Shown here: in pieces, positions 13,491-25,084 of the stretch
Layout: each line of letters begins with the position of its first letter
How positions within the stretch are numbered: the first letter of the stretch is position 1
Position numbers and translations under genes: made by a program
Origin: Mobula birostris
Lineage: Eukaryota
Direction of reading: 5' to 3'
Assembly: GCF_030028105.1 (NCBI RefSeq)
Contig: NC_092378.1
Span: forward strand, 30,312,715-30,376,714
DNA: 64,000 nucleotides
Notes under the pieces: generated by a model
Databases searched by the model: none
Told to the model about the DNA's origin: nothing
The model's input: only the letters and a program-made list of their open reading frames with translations

Positions 13491-15575
13491 CTCACATCAC
13501 TCCTCATAATTTAGACCTGGTATAAGTGAAATGAACTTGTGCTATACCACTCATTGTTCAGGATTATCCTGGTCATTTGTGACAGCCCCTCCACCTCGAG
13601 CTGGATGGCATTCCCTAAAATAGAACTCCATTCTCCAGATGTAAACTGATTTATGTAACTACCTTTATTGTAGTTGACTGTGGTGAATTGGCTATTTGTC
13701 ATGAATCACAGCTGTTGTCTATAAAGTTGTTTTTCCATTTTCTGCAGAATGTGGCTTAAGTGAAAACAGTTCATCTTTTTAAAAAATACAAAATACTGTT
13801 TTATGGCAAGAGACATTAACACTGAGTTTCTATAGCTAATATATGTAAACCTTACTGGGACCATGTATTTAAAACCATATGTGATTTAGGCTGCATACTG
13901 GAGAAATACGTGGAAGTGGGGAGGATACAGTACAAGTTCACTTAAACTGTCTGAAATGAGGATGTACAAATATGACAACATAGTTGAAAGAATCTGGTTT
14001 TATTACCACAAAAATGCTAAAAGAGCTTAAAGACCATAAAGATGGGAGAGAGTAGCAGAAACAAATTTGTGATAGTCCGGGAACAATTATGCAAGATGAA
14101 GTGCAAAAGATTAAAAACAGGATTGAAAAAAGTAATTTTATAGAACTTCACAAGTTGCTAGACCATGAACTGCATGACTTTGGAGAGCAGCAGAGGTAAA
14201 TGATGGGAACAGATGAAAACAAATGTCATTTAGGTTATTTTTCAGGTGAGGTACAAAATCAATGAAGACTATGTTGTTATGTTGAAATGTGTACCTTCAA
14301 GTAGTAATATCTGTTAATAGTCCACCCATTCAATAATGGTTACAATGAGTAATGTGCTGCAGCAAAATATACTGATGCACATTCTATGAAATTTTTACTT
14401 TTTCATTATTTTCTTCATATTCATAAGCTGTCAATTATATGCTATGCTGAGGCACCAAATGGAAGCAAATCAATTGTCACGTTAGTAGTCTAGTCTGGTC
14501 CCACTCACTTCCCAGCTTACAGAGTCACAGCGACAAATTGTTTTAGCCCTCTAACACTGACAACCGAAGATCAAGTCACAGTCTGTTTATCAATGAAATC
14601 AATAAACAGGAGAGGGATCAGCCTTTGCTCAGTGGCACAACACATTATATCAGCAGTTGACTGAGCCACACATACAAAATCCATTCATCTCTTTACTCAG
14701 GGAGCTACAGCATGGATTGGCACTAATAATTCAGAGTTATGTGTGCATATTTCCACTTACCACTTTCCAACCTCTGCCTCTACTTCCCCACTCTTCTCAC
14801 CAGGCTCCATCTGCCATTTTTTCTCCCCTCATAATAAGCCTGATGTGGGCAGTTCATATGATGTACATCTACTTGGATCTTACCAACCACAAAAAGCAAA
14901 GGAACATGGCATCCAAGGCAGGCCAGAAAATTGGCTCAGTCAAGGAACCAAAATATAATGGTTACTAGGCTGTTAGCTGTACGATTCCATAAGGCTTAAC
15001 ACAATATTTGGCCATAAGGGGAAAGCTAGTGGATATAGAGAGTCTTTATCAGTTGGGTAAAACATGTCAAATAGAATTTAATGCAGTGCTGCACAATGCA
15101 AGCAACATATAGTACTCAAGAAAAGATTTGGAGTGTCATTAAGGAACAGAAGTTCTTTGTATTGTCTGTCCACATATCCTTTAAAAAAAATAGGACAGGA
15201 CAGCTAGTTGCTTAAAAAGAAACATATGGGATGCTTTCTCTATTACCTAAGGCATGACTTTTTTTTTAAAAAGAGAGGGAGATTTACAATGCTGCCAGCA
15301 CTAAGAACTACTAGCTGAGGGAAGATTAGATGGTCTGAGTTTTCTTTAAATAACAAATGAGGCAGAGAAATACTTAACTTTAAAATATTGTATTGTTACC
15401 TGTCCCGTGAGTATCTCGTGAATATAATGTAATTGGCTCGTGCCATTGGAATGATGTAATGGTCTCATGCCATTGGAGTGATGTAGTTGTCTTGTGATAG
15501 TGGGGTGATGTGATGTCGCGTGATGGAATGTTCTAACTGGTATATAAAGGGAGACTGCAGTTGTTGCGTCATTTG

Positions 15576-16263
15576 ATTTGCAATTCTTGTAACTAACTGA
15601 AGGACTTCATAAAGTACATCTTGCCGACTACAAGAATTGCAAATCAGGGAGGTCAGTTAATATTTCTATGGGTTCCAGCACATGTAGGGGTGAAAGGGAA
15701 TGAGAGGGTGGATGAGTTGGCAAGGAGGGCGTTAAAGAAAGAAAATGTGGAAATACACATTAGTATCAGTGAAGCAGAGGTTAAGTGTGTAACCTAGGAA
15801 AAAGTCAACCAAATGTGGCAAGAAAGATGGGACAGGGAGGGGAAAGGGAGGCATTTATATCAAATACAAAAGAGTGTTGCAGTTACTAGGGTAGGTAATG
15901 GAAACAGAAGAGAGGAAATTGTGTGGACTAGGTTAAGGCTGGGGCATTGTGCATTAAACAAAACATTGAAAATGATAGGGAAGCACCAGACAGGATTGTG
16001 TGAGGAATGTCAGGAAGAGGAGTCAGTAGAACATGTAGTTTTGTGTTGCAGGAAGTATGGGATACAGAGAGAGATGATGAGAAATAAATTAAGGGAGTTG
16101 GGGATGCAGGAATTCACATTAAAAGGGTTGCTGGGCATGGGTGAGAGAGCACAAGTCCGGGTATTTTTAGCGTTTTTAAGGGGTACAGGGGTTTTTTATA
16201 GAATATGACGAATAAACAGGAATAGGATACTAGGGTGGTCAAAGGTGGGAGGGTGAAGTGTAG

Positions 16264-16307
<44 letters not shown>

Positions 16308-16435
16308 GTGCGCACACGATTGGGTGAAGGGATTTAGAATGTATGTCTAGTGCACATTCTGGAGCAGAGGGTGGCAGTAATGCACCATTAAGCTGGATGC
16401 CACCCGCCGTAAAACAAGATACAGACAGACAGACA
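15576..16435 (+). mobile_element. I-group (Nimb-like) LINE 3' fragment with RNase H and CCHC knuckle, 13-bp TSD
   Basis: FLWVPAHVGVKGNERVDELA (RNase H C-terminus); TRLRLGH...CEEC...ESVEHVVLCC; (ACAG)n tail. GTTGCGTCATTTG duplicated at 15563-15575 and 16436-16448. Confidence 0.88.
16267..16312. repeat. (GT)n microsatellite in the 3' UTR of the Nimb-like element
   Basis: Long TG dinucleotide run seen directly. Confidence 0.95.
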
Positions 16436-18104
16436 GTTGCGTCATTTGTTTTGTTGGGAGTCCACTGTTGGTAGTTACGCCATCGGGGAAGAAGAAAGAG
16501 TGAGAGTGAAGAATCCCCAGCTCCGAATGAACCCCAAAAGGATTGGGGTTAACCAGCGGCATTTGGCGCATTACGGGTGTGACTAACATTTGGAACCGTC
16601 CGTACGTGGCACGCACGTTTTGTTAACCCTGACACGGTTTGGGTTGTGCGATGATCACTTTGTCGATAGGTCAGTTACTTTGAGAAATTGTATTCTGCAT
16701 CATAACTTTGGATAAGGCATTTCAGCTGGGAGCTCTGGCAGCAGTGATGTCTCTACTTTGGGGACTGTTCCAAAGCTGGTTTGAGAAGTCTGTCCTCTCG
16801 AATATCTCAGGAATCATTTGGACTTATTAAATTGCCACCTTAAGACTGTGCTTAAATAAGAACTGTTAAGAATTTTCTTTAAGTTCGACTGTTTCATAAT
16901 TATAGAAGCATACCGCTGTTAACATCCGTTTAAGTTAATTGTTCGTTTACTGTTCCATGTTTATTTGAGCAGAAGTTAATAAATCTAGTTGTTTATTTTA
17001 TGAAAACTCGACCCAAATTCATCTCTGTTGCTGCTGGTTCATATCTATGTTATTAGATAAACAGGAGGAACCATTTTTCCTCAAGTGAGGCGTCAAAAAC
17101 AAAGTAGGAGCATAGACTTAAAGAAATAGGAAGAATTAGTGATGAGGAAATACTCTGTAGGTAGAAAAAAAATTCACTATACTATATGGTTAAAAAACAG
17201 AAACCCTCACTGCAATTTACAGTGCCTGGATGTGTACTTCAAGAATACACATCATGATCTGCAAGGGCTTAAAATGGAATGAATGGGTTTGTCAGGCAGG
17301 GTGGACCAAAGGGCCTCCTATTGCAAATCTTCTATCATTTCAGTAGGAGCTAGTTAGCTAATTTTCCTCAGCAACATTAGGTAGAAAAAATCTTGAATTT
17401 TTAATGATTTTTTGCAAGGTATCCAAAATTTTATCCTTGTGAATCTATTATATAAACTATAGCACATCTGGATCCCAACCATAAAAGGTAAAATTAAAAT
17501 TCCGCATTAACCTATAATTTTAGCATGGCAGTTGCCCATATTCCGCAATTTAGCAGCAAGAGAAAGGCAAGAAATCAAAATGACAATTTAAAATCAGACA
17601 ACCAGGGATTGAGAAACATATGCACATCCGCATTGAATTACATAAATTTTGACAGCAGACTATCAGAGAAGCTGGCAACAAATTCTATTCTGATTTGTAA
17701 GATCCTGTTTGATCTCCTTGTTCTTTTCCCTATACTAGATTTTGCATGCTAACTTAAATATGAGATGAAAGGCCACAAAAACAAATTTTAAACATCTTAT
17801 TAAAATAAAAGGATTAAGACCTACTAAAGCACTGTTTTGACTCATTTCTGAATAACACTTTAAAGGGAAATATTCACAATGTTCTACTTTAATTTTGGTA
17901 ATTTTATTTCAGTTTGCTGTACATTGATTTGGGGGATTTATGTAAAGTACATATTCAAGAGGTGTGAAATTGGCAAGTGTCACCATAATTCAATAGAAAG
18001 GCATGGTAAAATTAATTTTAGAAAAAACAGGTACAGTTATGTAATGTTTTAATTTATGACATTGAGACTTATTCAAAATTACCAATTTCCAGATTTCAAG
18101 CAGT

Positions 18105-18110
18105 TTTATT
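18105..18110 (-). terminator. RHNO1: Candidate RHNO1 polyadenylation signal
   Basis: AATAAA on the minus strand about 470 nt past the stop codon; an alternative lies at 17903-17908. Confidence 0.45.
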
Positions 18111-18578
18111 GACAAAATCAAAACACCTTAGAAACTGACTAAACCCATGAATAGGGCTCTTAGCTTGAAGACCAAATTACTGTTATTTTAACAATCTGGA
18201 ATTAAAACAACATTCCTTTAACAGACAACTGGATGACCATTTAAAACAGAACTGTAACACAGGAATATAGTGGACATCAGGCAAAGATAATATTATTTTT
18301 ACCAATCTGAACATAACACTTCATCAGACATTTGAAACTGAATCTGGGACAAAGCTGTCCAAATCTGCAAGGTGTAGAAGTTGTAGATTAAAATGTTGTT
18401 TTGAACTCTGAGAAAGTTTTAAATAAACTGCATTGCAATATTTGCAGCTACCATTTAAAGGGTAATCCTGCTACAGATTCTTACTTCACATAAACTGGTT
18501 TAATCACAATTCCAATGGTAATTTTTTTAAATGCATAGATTGCAATCTACATAACAAAATAAAACTGAGAATGCAACT

Positions 18579-19418
18579 TTAAGAGTCAACAAGCACATTA
18601 GTGCTGGTCAATTTTCCATGATCTTTCAGGTACTGCATAATATGTGGCCGTCTTCGCCAAGTTGCTTTGAGTCCATATTCATGTTCTGGTGTGTCCTGGA
18701 CTAAAACATCTGCTGATGCAGCTTCTTCAGAAAAGTCATTTAGTCCAGAACACTTGTCTAAGCAGTCTAACAGTCCACAAGGGAGAGGAGTTATATTGTG
18801 TTTATTCAATTCATTATTTCTTAGTACACCACAAATATTTTTCTGGAAGGTGGCTGGCGAGGGCACTCCATCAGCTGTGGGAGTGCTAACATGTGGTAGA
18901 GCGAACTCATCAGAGGACTGAGAAGAGTGCTCTGAAAGTGAAATTTCTGTTTCATCTGAGTCTACGCCCATTTGATTGTTGATTGAATTCAATGGAGGGC
19001 AGAAACTAGAGCTTTTCACAGGTATATTCCCAGCTGTACTTTTGCCAACCAAATTTCCCTTTGCTGCAGGTCTTAGACTACATTTCTGCTTGTCCAGAGC
19101 ATCCAAATTCTGAGCTATTCCAAAGGTGTCAACTTTACACCGTTGGCTCTTGCTTCCCAAGAATGATGTTTTATTTGTTTTGAATGCAACTTTTCCACTG
19201 GTTTGAACATTCTGACAGGTGCTAAATTCAACTTTGTGGTTTTCCTTCTGAACAGGTATCCCTCCATTTCCCAGAAGTGTCAAAGGAACAAAACTGTGCA
19301 GTTTTCTCACAGAACCCGTTTTTGATGAAGTACTCTGTTTGCTGTAGACTTTATGTTGTTTCACTCTATTAGATTTTTGTTCGCATCTTGGTGTTGTAGT
19401 ATCAAACTCTGGCAGCAC
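18579..19418 (-). CDS. RHNO1: RHNO1 (RAD9-HUS1-RAD1-interacting nuclear orphan 1), last coding exon
   Basis: Acceptor TTTTCTCCAG|GTG gives VLPEFD, completing the W-V-x-P-x-F motif. C-terminal LVQDTPEHEYGLKATWRRRPHIMQYLKDHGKL matches the conserved RHNO1 C-terminus. TAA at 18579-18581; 840 nt in frame. Confidence 0.93.
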   Translation of the reverse strand: MLPEFDTTTPRCEQKSNRVKQHKVYSKQSTSSKTGSVRKLHSFVPLTLLGNGGIPVQKENHKVEFSTCQNVQTSGKVAFKTNKTSFLGSKSQRCKVDTFGIAQNLDALDKQKCSLRPAAKGNLVGKSTAGNIPVKSSSFCPPLNSINNQMGVDSDETEISLSEHSSQSSDEFALPHVSTPTADGVPSPATFQKNICGVLRNNELNKHNITPLPCGLLDCLDKCSGLNDFSEEAASADVLVQDTPEHEYGLKATWRRRPHIMQYLKDHGKLTSTNVLVDS

Positions 19419-19877
19419 CTGGAGAAAATGAGGGCAAGAAAAATAACTAAACAGTAACAAATATCCAAACAGTTGGCGCTATCTTACACGACTATCACAG
19501 CAATTCAAATCCACCCAAAGAGTCTTCAAAATCAAGTATTTTGCAACATGTTTAGTGAAGGTGGTTGGGTGGTGAGAATGAAATTAATTAATTGTCCACA
19601 TGCCAACATTATTTTGAAAGGTGTAGCAAATTAGCTGTATTTTTTCCACCAAATACAGTCAGAGCCAGCAACAGGCCCTGCAGAGTATATGATAACATGG
19701 ATCTGACCACAAAGAGGAAAAATAGTTCAATAGTTTGGAATAATTACACCGCTTACAATCTAACATTAAGCACGTACATTATCATAGCATTTAAAATTGC
19801 TTAGGAAATTTTGGCATAATGGGAGAAAGTTAATAAATCTTTCAGATAAGAGAACAAAAGGTACAAATATGACACAC

Positions 19878-20042
19878 CCACTTGAATGCAGATCTCTGGT
19901 CAACAGGTATACAGGAAACTTGGCGGGGATTTACTGCAGATGGTAGAGACAAGACTTGCTTGTACTTTTCTGCCTTCGGTGGACTCTGCAGGAACAGCAA
20001 GGGTGGTTTCTTGGATTGGCTGAGCTTCTTTTTACGGGGCAT
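19878..20042 (-). CDS. RHNO1: RHNO1 first coding exon (55 codons)
   Basis: MPRKKKLSQSKKPPLLFLQSP...NPRQVSCIPVDQRSAFKW resembles the human N-terminus (MPPRKK...KAPLLF...RQVPSKPID...SW). Donor TGG|GTGTGT, phase 0, joins the next exon in frame. Confidence 0.92.
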
Positions 20043-23000
20043 CAAGCACCCAACATCTTGGTCTCAATATTGAAAGGGTTGGGGGGGGGCGGGGTAGAAA
20101 AAGTTAAATGGTTATTTAACAATAAACCAGGTTTCCTATCATTGTTTAGCTACCTAACCTAATAAACTATATAGATAAATATGACAACAAGATCTTTGGT
20201 CTCCATATATTTCAACTAAAAGAGAGAATAAAATATTTGGGAGAAAGTTTGCAGAGTGAACGTATTCTGGTGGCGCAACACGGCAGCAGCAGCCTTTCGG
20301 ATCTGGTGTTACTATAATTTTTAAAATTTAATTTTAAGGCACAATTTTTGATTAGGGCACATGGATAACAGAGCAATTATCTACCATTGCCAGACACTGC
20401 TGCATTACAGAGATCGCCCAAAAAACACCTTCATGAAGGTCTGCTGGTTGAATTACACGACCTCAGCTTGCTGAGGGGATCGGGCCTACAGTCCTTGGAG
20501 TCGCCTGATGCCGGTGGCCAGAGGTCTCTGCTCTCCAATGTCCGCTCCCTGGACAATAAATTGGACTACATCCGACTCCAACGAAATACTCAGCGGGAGT
20601 ACAGGATCTGCTGTGCGTATGTTTTCACGGAAACGTGGCTCACCAATGGAATCCCGGACGCCGCCATTCAGCTGGACGAGCTCGTCTTGTTTCGAGCGAA
20701 CAAAAATGCAGCTCTTTCCGGTAAGACTCGCGGTGATGGCTTGTGTGTTTACATCAATACAGAACGGTGCAAGAACTCTGAGCTGGTTTCCAGATACTGC
20801 TCATCGCTAGTGGAGTTTGTGACTGTCAGATGCAGACCATTTTATTCACCACCGTCCTTATAGTCGGTGTCTACATTCCCCTCAGCGCTAATGCTAAGGA
20901 GGCTCTCTGTGATCTGTATGGGGCTATTAGCGAACTGCAGAACGCACACCCTGATGGACTGTTTATTGTTGTCAGAGATATTAACTACGCGACCCTTAAG
21001 TCAGTGCTCCCCAGATTCCATCAGAATGCGGACTTTGCAACGAGAGGGGAGAACGCTTTGGACCTTGTTTACACAAACATTCCCGACACGTACCGGGCAG
21101 AGCCCCGCCCCCACCTCAGTTACTCAGACCACATCTCTGTTATGCTAATCGCAGCATACAGATCGCTCATCAGGTGCTCCAGACCAGTTCAGAAGCAGGT
21201 GAAAACCTGGCCAGCAGGAGCCATCTCTGCTCATCAAGACTGCTTTGAGCACACTGACTGGCACATATTCAGGGAGGCTGCAACCGATGGCGACTCTACC
21301 AACTTAGAGGAGTACACGGCATCAGTGACTAGCTACATCAGCAAGTGCATCACTGTGTCCAAGACCATCAGTACACGTGCTAAACAGAAGCCATGGGTGA
21401 CCGCGGAAGTGCGTGCACTGCTGAGGACCCGTGACTCCGCCTTCAGAGCAGACGATAAAGCAGCTCTAACAACAGCGAGGGCCAAACTGTACCAGGCCAT
21501 CAGAGAGGCAAAGCATGCACACGCCCTGCGAATCCACAGCCACCTCCAGGACAGCAGCGACACGCGGCGCATGTGGAAGGACATTCAGGACATCAACTAC
21601 AAGACACTACCACCTGCCTGTGCTGGTGATGCCTCCCTCCCAGATGCGTTGAACAACTTCTATGCTTGTTTTGAGGTGGAAAATGACATGGCGGCAAGGA
21701 AGACCACCCCTCCTCCAAATGACCAGGTGCTGTGTCTTACCGTGGCCGATGTGAGGAGAATCCTGTGCAGGGTCAATCCACGGATGATTGCTGGACCAGA
21801 CAATATTCCTGGCAGAGTGCTTAGAGGATGTGCAGACCAGCTAGCTGAGATTCTCACTGACATCTTCAACATCTCCCTGAGCAGCACTGTCATTCCTACG
21901 TGCTTCAAGGCTGCCACCATCATCCCCGTGTCAAAGAAGTCTTCAGTGTCCTGCCTCAATGACTACTGTCCCATTGCACTCACATCCATCATCAGGAAGT
22001 GTTTCGAGAGGCTCGTCCTGAGGCACATCAAGACCCTGCTGCCCCCCTCACTGGACCCCCTGCAGTTCGCGTACCGTCCCAACCGTTCAACCGTCGACAC
22101 CATTGCCATCACTCTTCACCTGGCCCTAACCCACCTGGACAAAAAAAGACACGTACGTTCGAATGCTGTTCATAGACTTCAGTTCAACATTCAACACAAT
22201 CATTCCTCAGAAACTGATTGGAAAGCTGAGCCTACCGGGCCTGAACACCTCCCTCTGCAACTGGATCCTAGACTTCCTGACTGGGAGACCTCAGTCAGTC
22301 CGGATTGGAAGCAGCATCTCCAACACCATCACACTGAGCATGGGGGCCCCCCTAGGACTGTGTGCTCGGTCCACTGCTGTTCACTCTGCTGACCCACGAC
22401 TATGCTGCAACACACAGCTCAAACCACATCATCAAGTTCGCTGATTACACAACCGTGGTGGGTCTCATCAGCAAGAACGACGAGTCAGCATACAGAGAGA
22501 AGGTGCAGCGGCTAATGGACTGGTGCAGAGCCAACAAACTGTCTCTGAATGTGAACAAAACAAAAGAAATGGTTGTTGACTTCAGGAGGGCATGGAGTGA
22601 CCACTCTCCAATAAACATTGACGACTCCTCCGTAGAGATCGTTAAGAGCACCAAATTTCTCGTTGTTCACCTGGTGGAGAATCTCACCTGGTCCCTCAAC
22701 ACCAGCTCCATAGCAAAGAAAGCCCAGCATCATCTCTACTTTCTGCGAAGGCTGAGAAAAGTCCATCTCCCACCCCCCCATCCTCACCACATTCTACAGA
22801 GGTTGTATTGAGATCATTTTGAGCAGCATCATCACTGCCTGGTTTGGAAATTGCACCATCTCAGATCGCAAGACTCTGCAGTGGATAGTGAGGTCAGTTG
22901 AGAAGATCATCAGGGTCTCTCTTCCCACCATTACAGACATTTACACCACACACTGCATCCGTAAAGCAAACAGCATTATGAAGGACCCCACACACCCCTC

Positions 23001-23233
23001 TTACAAACTCTTCTCCCTCCTGCCATCTGGCAAAAGGCACCGAAGCATTGGGGCTCTCACGACCAGACTATGTAACAGTTTCTTCCCCCAAGCCATCAGA
23101 CTCCTCAATACTCAGAGCCTGGACTGACACCAACCTACTGCCCTCTACTGTGCCTATTGTCTTGTTAATTATTTATTGTAATTCCTGCACTGTTTTGTGC
23201 AATTTATGCAGTCCTGGGTAGGTCTGTAGTCTA

Positions 23234-24814
23234 CTCAACTTCCTCACAGACAGGACCCAGGCTGTAAAAATAGGGGACAAGCTCTCCTCTACAATCACTC
23301 TGAGCACCAGTGCCCCACAAGGCTGTGTACTCAGTCCCCTGCTGTACTCACTGTACACCCATGATTGTGTAGCCACATTTCAATCAAACTCAATATATAA
23401 GTTTGCTGATGACACAACAAATGTAGGCCGTATCTCAGGTAATGATGAGTTTGAGTACAGAGAGGAAATTAAGAACCTGGTGGCATGGTGTGAAGACAAT
23501 AACCTATCCCTCAACGTCAGCAAGACGAAGGAATTGGTTGTTGACTTCAGAAGGAGTAGTGGACCGCACGACCCAATTTATATCGGTGGTGCGCAAGTGG
23601 AACAGATCAAAAGCTTTAAGTTCCTCAGGGTCAATATCACAAATGACCTGACTTGGTCCAACCAAGCAGAGTCCACTGCCAAGAAGGCCCACCAGCGCCT
23701 TTACTTCCTGAGAAAACTAAAGAAATTTGGCCTGTCCCCTAAAACCCTCACTAATTTTTATAGATGCACTGTAGAAAGCATTCTTCTAGGGTGCGTCACA
23801 ACCTAGTATGGAAGTTGCCCTGTCCAAGACCGAAAGAAGCTGCAGAAGATCGTGAACACGGCGCAGTACATCACACAAACCAATCTTCCATCCTTGGACT
23901 CACTTTACACTGCACGCTGTCGGAGCAGTGCTGCCAGGATAATCAAGGACACGACCCACCCAGCCAACACACTTTTCGTCCCCCTTCCCTCCGGGAGAAG
24001 GCTCAGGAGCTTGAAGACTCGTACGCCCACATTTGGGAACAGCTTCTTTCCAACTGTGATAAGACTGCTGAACGGATCCTGACCCGGATCTGGGCCATAC
24101 CCTCCAAATATCCGGACCTGCATCTTGATTTTTTTTTGCACTACCTTACTTTCCATTTTTCTATTTATGATTTATAATTTAAATTTTTAATATTTACTAT
24201 CGATTTGTAATCCAGGGAGCGGGAAGAGCAAAATCAAATATCGCTATGGTGATTGGCCAGTGCAATTCTACGAGTCTGTGGTGGCCAGTGCGATCATGTT
24301 TGCTGTTGTATGCTGGGGCAGCAGGCTGAGGGTAGCAGACACCAACAGAATCAACAAACTCATTCGTAAGGCCAGTGACGTTGTGGGGATGGAACTGGAC
24401 TCTCTGACGGTGGTGTCTGAAAAGAGGATGCTGTCCAAGTTGCATGCCATCTTGGACAATGTCTCCCATCCACTACATAACGTACTGGTTGGACACAGGA
24501 GTACATTCAGCCAGAGACTCATTTCACCAAGATGCAACACAGAGCGTCATAGGAGGTCATTCCTGCCTGTGGCCATCAAACTTTACAACTCCTCCCTTGG
24601 AGGGTCAGACACCCTGAGCCAATAGGCTGGTCCTGGACTTATGTCCTGGCATAATTTACATATTACTATTTAACTATTCATGGTTTTATTACTATTTAAT
24701 TATTTATGGTGCAACTGTAACGAAAACCAATTTCCCCCAGGATCAATAAAGTATGACTATGACTATTGTATGTTCTAGTATCAATTGTTTAGCGACAATA
24801 AAGTACAAGTATAA
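23234..24814 (+). mobile_element. Second Rex1/Babar family, 5'-truncated, nested in the 3' UTR of the first
   Basis: [24 protein letters not shown] and LNVSKTKELVVDFRR; tail resumes at about 24765 and ends AATAAAGTACAAGTATAA. Confidence 0.88.
24256..24764 (+). mobile_element. Third Rex1/Babar family 3' fragment, nested in the 3' UTR of the second
   Basis: FYESVVASAIMFAVVCWG...RRSFLPVAIKLYN; tail GATCAATAAAGTATGACTATGACT; possible ATTG TSD. Confidence 0.85.
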
Positions 24815-25084
24815 GTGTAGTTTTTGTGTAATTTTTATGTAGTACAGTGTAGTTTTTGTATCGTTTCATGTAGCACCATGGTCCTGAAAAATATTGTCTC
24901 ATTTTTACTGTGTACTGTACCAGCAGTTATGGTCGAAATGACAATAAAAAAATGACTTGACTTTATACTTAAGCTAACAGAACAATTTGGTTGCCACACT
25001 TAAATACACATATATACACAAAATTATTGTAATTAGTCAACTGCGAGAGAATAAAATTGTGCCACTCTTCATGAAACCAAAAGA

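Larger units (their letters stand above)
15394..17045 (+). mobile_element. Probable solo LTR, interrupted by a Nimb-like LINE and itself inserted in a decayed CR1
   Basis: Starts TGTTAC; short internal repeats (tgccattgga..gatgta); TATATAAA at 15541; AATAAA at 16978. The 3' CA terminus and TSD are not cleanly visible. Confidence 0.55.
20260..24962 (+). mobile_element. Near full-length Rex1/Babar LINE (APE + RT) with its 3' UTR split by nested insertions
   Basis: APE motifs ([18 protein letters not shown]); RT motifs ([34 protein letters not shown]). Body runs to about 23233; tail resumes at about 24815 and ends AATAAAAAATGACTTGACT. Confidence 0.92.

Noticed and set aside
19419-19460. N-terminal extension of ORF 18579-19460 (MLLFSYFSCPHFLQ)
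   Set aside because: It is the polypyrimidine tract and acceptor of the RHNO1 intron, opened at a non-ATG codon.
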